NCBI GenBank assembly: GCA_051313645.2
Contig: JBNRSN020000010.1
Coordinates: 96,472,001 to 96,536,000, forward strand
Direction: 5' to 3'
Length of the DNA stretch: 64,000 bases
From: Centroscyllium fabricii
Lineage: Eukaryota
Positions 57,591 through 64,000 of the stretch are shown piece after piece. The translations under genes were made by a program, and so were the position numbers. Within the stretch, counting starts at the first letter, position 1; the number at the start of each line of letters is the position of its first letter. Below the pieces are notes generated by a model. The model saw only the letters and a list, made by a program, of their open reading frames with translations, was not told the origin of the DNA and ran no database searches.

Positions 57591-58640
57591 GACGTCTCGA
57601 AGCAAACAAAAAATTGAAACAGATGAGTTCAATATCTGTATGATAGGCTTTATGTAGTGCTATTCACTATTCATGGTGAGTTTCCTTCAGGGCACCAAAA
57701 TGGTATTAGAGATTAGATAAATGCTGAGCCCTTTTGCTATGTGCTAACAGCAGGTGATTTTTCTTGCCTATAGCATCTACGTGATGCTTTTCATTGGAAG
57801 AAAATTACTAATCATCACTGCATTGTCCAAAGCATGTTTCATTCTTTTCAAGCAGTTTTGAACCATTGGTGAAGTGCCAAACTACTCTAAACATAGCTGT
57901 CCCTAATAAGCTCAGCATTGGATTCAACAAGCATGATTGGTAGTTGTCAGTAGGATAAGAGGTAATTACTAAATGCAACAGCACTGACGCAAGGTAGTTG
58001 GCCATTTGTCAAAAGCAGTGCCCTGATAGTAAAATAAAGATAATCATCTGTAGACTTACAATCAAAAGAGGGTTTGAAAAGACTTCTGTGCTACCTATTG
58101 GTATTCTTACCTTTCAAATTATCGATTGAGAATTCAATAAATGCAGCAAAAAACTTGTAATTATATTTCAGTTGTATTACATTTAAAAAATATATATAAT
58201 TTACCTTTAGACTTTGGCATAGGATTCATTCAACCTGATGTGACAAAGTGACATTGAAAACCTGCTGCGTATAAATAGTTCAATGTCTCCTTTTCTACCA
58301 CATGCACATCTCCATATGTTTTGTTCTTCCAAAGATAAAATATTGTGAAGCATATTTTTAAACTAAGTTGGATTACAGAAGCACAAAATATACAACAATA
58401 AAGTACCATTCAGCCTTTCAAATCCATACCTTCTAATCTGCTCTATTGTGGACTCCACCCAAAGAATTTAATATTCTGCAGAGCTTTTCTGCCAAGATTG
58501 TTCCTACCCTGCCCCAAAACATTAAAAAATGTATCTGACTTTGTATCTACATTTTTCATTTTTAGTTTTCCTTGATATGAGATATCAGAAGCTCTAAAGC
58601 CATAGTGTTCCACAGAATGTTCTCATCTCATGCTTGTAAC

Positions 58641-58786
58641 CAATATTCTCTTTAAGCCACGCAGTGTTTTAGGGGTTCCGCGCAGCCGGTGAGCTGACTT
58701 TTAAATTAAAAAAAGCACACTTGTGCGAAATTTTGAATGGGCCGCGCAGTGCGTTAAAGCCCCCCCAAAAATTCCAGGGAACATTG
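58641..58786. mobile_element. hAT-like MITE (146 bp)
   Basis: Perfect 8-bp TSD cttgtaac; ends caatattctct / agggaacattg. Confidence 0.8.
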
Positions 58787-58829
58787 CTTGTAACCCTCAT
58801 TTCTAACCAGATATTCATCCATTTTTTAA

Positions 58830-59930
58830 AAATTAAAATAATGTTAACTGACACAGCATTAACTGCCTTAGCCGGAAATCTTTTCCACATACCCACCACA
58901 CTGGGAGGGCAGGGAAACAAATATAGTTGGAATCTTTACGTGTTATCTGATGCTTATTAATTTTATACTTATGCCTTCTAGTCCTCTGTTAACAATTTAA
59001 GTTAATCTTACCGTTATTACGATTTTGAAAACTGAGATCACAATTTCATTCAATCTTTTTTGCAAGTTCAGTTCTGGTATTACGCCTACATAATTTAAAA
59101 CTCTTAAGTCATTGAATCAAACTTGTAACTCTTCACCAGCTCAGTGTATCAGTGTTGATTTGAGGATAAGATGCCCAAAATTGCACACAATTTTCCAACT
59201 GTGGCATTTTATTTGTACACTGTTAGAATCATTTGTTTTGATAGTCAAATTTTTTTGGAATGTATCTCAGGAAATAATTAGTCTTGTTGATCGCTTCAGG
59301 ATAACTGGATACTTGCAATGAATAATCATTTTTCCTTTACCATCTTTACTCACATTCAATCCTTCATTATGTGCATGCTCTTTTTGTTGTGCTTAATTTT
59401 ACATTTATGTCTTAATTAAATTTGCTGCCACTATGGCCCACATGCTTAATTGAATTAGATACCTTTAGAATGCTACCTGGCCACATAGCTTGGTGTTGCT
59501 GGCAAATTTTGTAATATACTAGTAATGTCCTTCATGAATAGTTTGAATAGCAAGGGTCCCAGATCCCTATGGAGCTTCATTCATCATTATCCTCTCCACC
59601 AGAGCCTTTTCATTGCAATTTAATTAGCTAATTTGCTGTTAATTACAAGCATTTTTAATCTTTATATGCCTCCTATGTTTAACATTGTCAAATCCAGTCT
59701 GAAAATCCAAGTAGATTATTTCTACTGGATTGCTGACCTCCACTAATTTAAGCACCCTCTTCAATGAATTCCAGTATTTTTGTAATGCATGACCAATTGG
59801 CTTTGAATCTGCACTTGTGTGGTCTTGAGATGACCATTGATGGTGTCCTGTAAAATGCTCCTGAACATTTTCATCACTGCCATGGTTAGGATAACTGTTG
59901 TATAACTCCTTCATGCTTTCCTACTTTGTA
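58830..59930 (-). mobile_element. Very old CR1 fragment
   Basis: PVEIIYLDFQTGFDNVKH and VVGMWKRFP remnants. Confidence 0.6.
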
Positions 59931-61585
59931 TACATTTGCTTCGCATCTTAAGTTAAAAATCATTACTATGGATTATGTGAACAAGAAGCTGGATTGCTAT
60001 TTTCCTGACCTACACATCCACCTTAGAGAGGAGATTTTTGTCCCACAAATCTGAGCAGGATTAAATCCAGGTTACGGAAGTGGCAAGATAGAGTTCAGTC
60101 TCTCAAGCTCTAACTCCCTTGCCATTTAATTATTCATTTCAAATTTTGAAATGAAAGCAAACTATAAAATCAACATTATTTTATTCTTTATTGACATCCA
60201 ATATGTATTTGTACAATATCACAATTTTCATTTTATTGGAAAAAAAAATTTGCTCTTTAAAAAATACCCTGTGAATCAATCCAAAAGTGATTTGGAACAA
60301 ATAGTATTTCATAAAGTTAATCGTCTATTACTACTGACATAGTTGTGTTTTTTTTTTACTCTGCTAATGATTAAACACTCAGTCTCTGTCATTTCCACCA
60401 CTAGACAAAATTTCCTCTTCATGGATATCTTCAGACATGCTTCATATACAGTTTGTATTCAGGCAGTATTCACAAACTACATCGCTATTCCCTTTGTATA
60501 AAGTTTTAAACTATTTTCTCCAGGTACTGTGCCAAGCACTGATTGAAACATACACCTTTTGGTGGCTCGCCGAATCTCTTGCGTATGGCGTTTGTTCAAA
60601 ATTTGTGAAGGTTTCTTATATCTGTTGAAAGACGATGGGCTAGATTTCCCACTCATTCACAGTCGATTGGTGGGAAAACTAGCCCCCACACCCACTTTAG
60701 TAAATCACAACACAGAAATGGACTTTTCGCCAATGTACCCCCTCATTTTTGGTGCACGGTCCCTTTAACAGGCTACATGACAATTCAAAATTTCGCACAT
60801 GCGCAAAATTTCACACTGGAATAGCCTGTCCCTGGCTGCACAGCACCGCCAGACAGCTCCGCAGCTTAGTGGGAATGTTGCTGTTCACCCAACCATTCCT
60901 TGTTTATCCTCCACGTAATCCCATGTGCCCATCTTTCCATATCCAATTATTTCCCCTTTCCTTCAACCACCTATCTCGCCTATTCTTAATTGTTGCCCTG
61001 TTCTCTGCCTCAATCACTAACTCTGGTGGTGCATTCCATAACCTTGTAAAGACGTTTTTCCTGCCCACTCGCATTAATGATATCTATGTCCTCTCGTACT
61101 AGACCTTCCAATCACTGGAAATGGTCTGTTTCTATCTATGTCCTTATACCAGGCAGCATCCTCGTGAATCTGCAGTGTACCCTCTCTGTTGCCTAAACAT
61201 CCTTCCTGTAGTCTGAAGCCCCAAACTACACACAATACACTAATAGTGCTCTTTTTTATTTGTATGTGGGATGTGGGCATCGCTGGCAAGGCCAGCATTT
61301 ATTGACCATCCCTAATTGCCCTTCAGAAGGTGGTGGTGAGCCGCCGCCTTGAACCGCTGCAGTCCGTGTGGTGAAGGAGTATACTTTTTGGAGCTGTTTG
61401 GTACAACTGAGTGGCTTATTCGACTATTTCAGAGGACAGTTAAGAGTCAACCACTTTGCTGTCAGCCTGGAGTCACATATAGACCAGACCAGGTAAAGAT
61501 GGCAGGTTTCCTTCCCTAAAGGACATTAGTGAACCAAATGTGTTTTTATAACAATCTGGTAGCTTCATGGTCACCATTACTGATG

Positions 61586-62081
61586 CAGGTTGAGCACCGT
61601 TAATCCGGCACGGGCGGGACCAGGCCAGTGCCGGGAAAGTGAAAATCCCAAACGATTGAAGCTTCGGAGAGCGTATGCGCAGACCATTCAAAATGGCTGC
61701 CGCAAAAGGCCGGCGGCCAGTTAGAGTGGTATGCGCTTATCGTTCGGCGAGTCCTGGCCCAGCATCGTTCGGATGGTCCCAGCCCGCGTTCGGGGAATCT
61801 CGGCCCAGCCCGCGTTCGGGGAATCTCGGCCCAGCCCGCGTTCGGGGAGTCCCGGCCCAGCCCGCGTTCGGGGAGTCCCGGCCCAGCCCGCTATCGGCTC
61901 GGAGAGACCATTGTGAATGATCTGCGCATGCACTCGCCATTCGGCGGCGCATGCGCAGATCATTCGCCGAAGCATCTATCGCGGCGGCCATTTTGCGCAT
62001 GCGCGGCGCAGTTGGGGAAATTATTGCCAGATGTTCGAAGCTGCCGTTTTTTCGGGTAACGGATTAACGGTGCTCAACCTG
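61586..62081. mobile_element. Tigger-like MITE, family A, with 26-bp internal repeats
   Basis: Perfect TIRs caggttgagcaccgttaatccg / cggattaacggtgctcaacctg; about 4 copies of cagcccgcgttcgggga.tc.cggcc. Confidence 0.88.
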
Positions 62082-62162
62082 TACTAGTTTTTTTTTTTAT
62101 TCCAGATTTATTTAATTAACTGAATTTAAATTCCCCAGCTACCATGGAGGGATTTGAACTAT

Positions 62163-62802
62163 GGGCCATAATTTGCAACCCCCTACGGGTGCATACAAGG
62201 TGTGCACATGCCCATAGGGACCATGCAAGTTCCGGAATTAGGCATGCAAAACACATAAGCGAAAACCCAGAACTTGCGATCTGTCAAGAATCTTCTTGGC
62301 AGATCCTCCCTATCCCCAACTTCTGCCCAGCAAATGCCCTTGAAATTCTTACGCCTGGTAAAAGTAGATGTAAGACCTGCTTTTATTAGCGAAAGAGTTT
62401 TTTTTTAATAGAAAAATAAAATGTTATCACTCATTTATAGATTAAAAGCCCTGTCCAATAAGACAAGTTTTTAGCCCCATTAAAACATATAAATTAAAAT
62501 GGCATTTTAATCCATTTTAAAAACGTAATTTTTTAAAACTTATTTCATGTTTATGTATTTTTTAGGTGATCCTCATTCATACTTATGGGAGTTCCGTACA
62601 TACGGAATCCCCATAAGTATAAATGGGGATTCCCCTCCTTTTATTGGTTAGGCCATCCCACCTGGGATACGTGGGCCTCTACCTGTGGGTATCCGGAGAG
62701 GGCCAGGCGTACGAATCTATGAACCACCAGGTAAATTCGTAGATTTTTTTGCAGGTTGGAGGCATTTGCCTGCGGGAAGCTTCCGACTGCAAATTTTGGG
62801 CC
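62163..62802. mobile_element. PIF/Harbinger-like MITE
   Basis: TIRs gggccataatttgca / tgcaaattttgggcc. Confidence 0.7.
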
Positions 62803-62899
62803 AATGTCTCTGGATCCTTAATCCAGGCCTCAGGATAACTAGTCCAGTAACATAACCAGTATGCTACTGTACTCCTGTACTGAGGTTTTATATAAATTT

Positions 62900-63445
62900 A
62901 CCATTACATATCAACTTTTATGTTCTATATCACATGTCATAAAACCCAGTATTCCATTAGCTTATGTTTATGGCCTTACCCGAAATGTACCATCTCACAC
63001 TTACTGACATTGAATTCCATCGACCACTATTTTTCCCATTCCATCATCTCAATAATATCCCCTTGCAGTTTCCTTTGGTCTGCAGACTTATTCACTATGC
63101 CTCCTATATATTATTGTCTGCAACTTTGGACAACACTCCCTCTAGCCCTCAATCCAAATCATTCATGTACACAGTGAACAGAAGCGATCAGAATAAAACC
63201 CTGTGAGGCACCACTACCCATTTCCAACCGCTCTTAAGAAACTGCCCTCAACTGCTGCTTTCCATTTCCTCCCTTCTAACTGGTTTTTAATTCAATTTAC
63301 TAAACTTCCCATAATTCCATAGCCTTGGTCTTCTCCAGTAGTCTCTTGTGTGGCATCTTTTAAAGGCTTTGTGAACGTCCATGTTTTCCACATCGACTAG
63401 ATTTCCCCCATCCAACATGCTTCCTCAAAAGAACTCTTATCTGAT
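62900..63445 (-). mobile_element. Degenerate CR1 RT fragment
   Basis: Minus-strand remnants: DVENMDVHKAF, SGASQG, SKVAD, MEFNVSKCEMVHFG. Confidence 0.65.
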
Positions 63446-64000
63446 CTTTGCCCCTACAAGGAGGAGGAGCCACTTTGAAGTGGTACTGACCGTGCTGCAT
63501 GAAAATCAAACTTACTTTGGCAATTCCTAAGCACAGTGCTCTCTGGTTTAATATCTTTGGTGCATATTGGTAATGATTGGTCCATTCTTTGACCTTTTAT
63601 ATTTGTCAATATCAACAAGCTCGGCCTCATTTTGAAAAGCGACATTATTGTTGGTCAGCACCTGTTCAAAGGCTTGTTGCCAGTGAACTCAAATTCTACC
63701 TCTCGGTATTCCATATTAGCTAATACCAAACCATCAGCTTTTATTGCAGCTCAGTTTTCGATTTGTATGCAGTCTGTCATTTAATGTTTCCTAAATGGCA
63801 ACAGTGCGTACACTTCAAAATTTACTTGATTGGCTATAAAACGCTTTAGGATATCTTGAAGTCATGAAATAAATAAGAGGTTTTTGACGAGAGGTTTTGA
63901 TAAAGAGTAGATATAGAAAAATTATTCCCTTTGGCAAGTGGGTCAATAATTAGAGGTCATAGATTCCAAATCAGTGGCAAAAGATCTAGAGGGAAGATGA

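Noticed and set aside
50163-64000. Next RALGAPA1 exon (expected ...ARTVITHLVNHLGHYP...)
   Set aside because: Not found by eye; probably beyond the window end.

Overview
Eukaryotic genomic DNA, almost certainly from a cartilaginous fish (HE1/V-SINE, Deu-SINE and CR1/HER1-type repeats). The window is the middle of one large + strand gene, RALGAPA1 (Ral GTPase-activating protein catalytic subunit alpha 1). Thirteen GT-AG coding exons between 7328 and 50162 splice into one open frame; the gene starts before and ends after the window. The introns are packed with nested mobile elements: a near-intact young CsRn1-clade Ty3/Gypsy LTR element, an old Gypsy remnant, CR1 and L2 LINEs, Penelope-like elements carrying minimal hammerhead-ribozyme motifs, HE1 and Deu SINEs, Tigger-like, Harbinger-like and hAT MITEs, and a probable ERV 3' end with LTR. 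The most striking observation is an intronless antisense retrocopy of the 5' part of the EIF3I mRNA (about 41855-42245). Roughly 30 of its amino-acid-changing differences from conserved EIF3I are explained by sense-strand A-to-G changes, with no T-to-C counterpart. It looks like a genomic fossil of an ADAR A-to-I hyper-edited mRNA, fused to LINE tails. Family and gene assignments come from my recall of the sequences, not from database searches.
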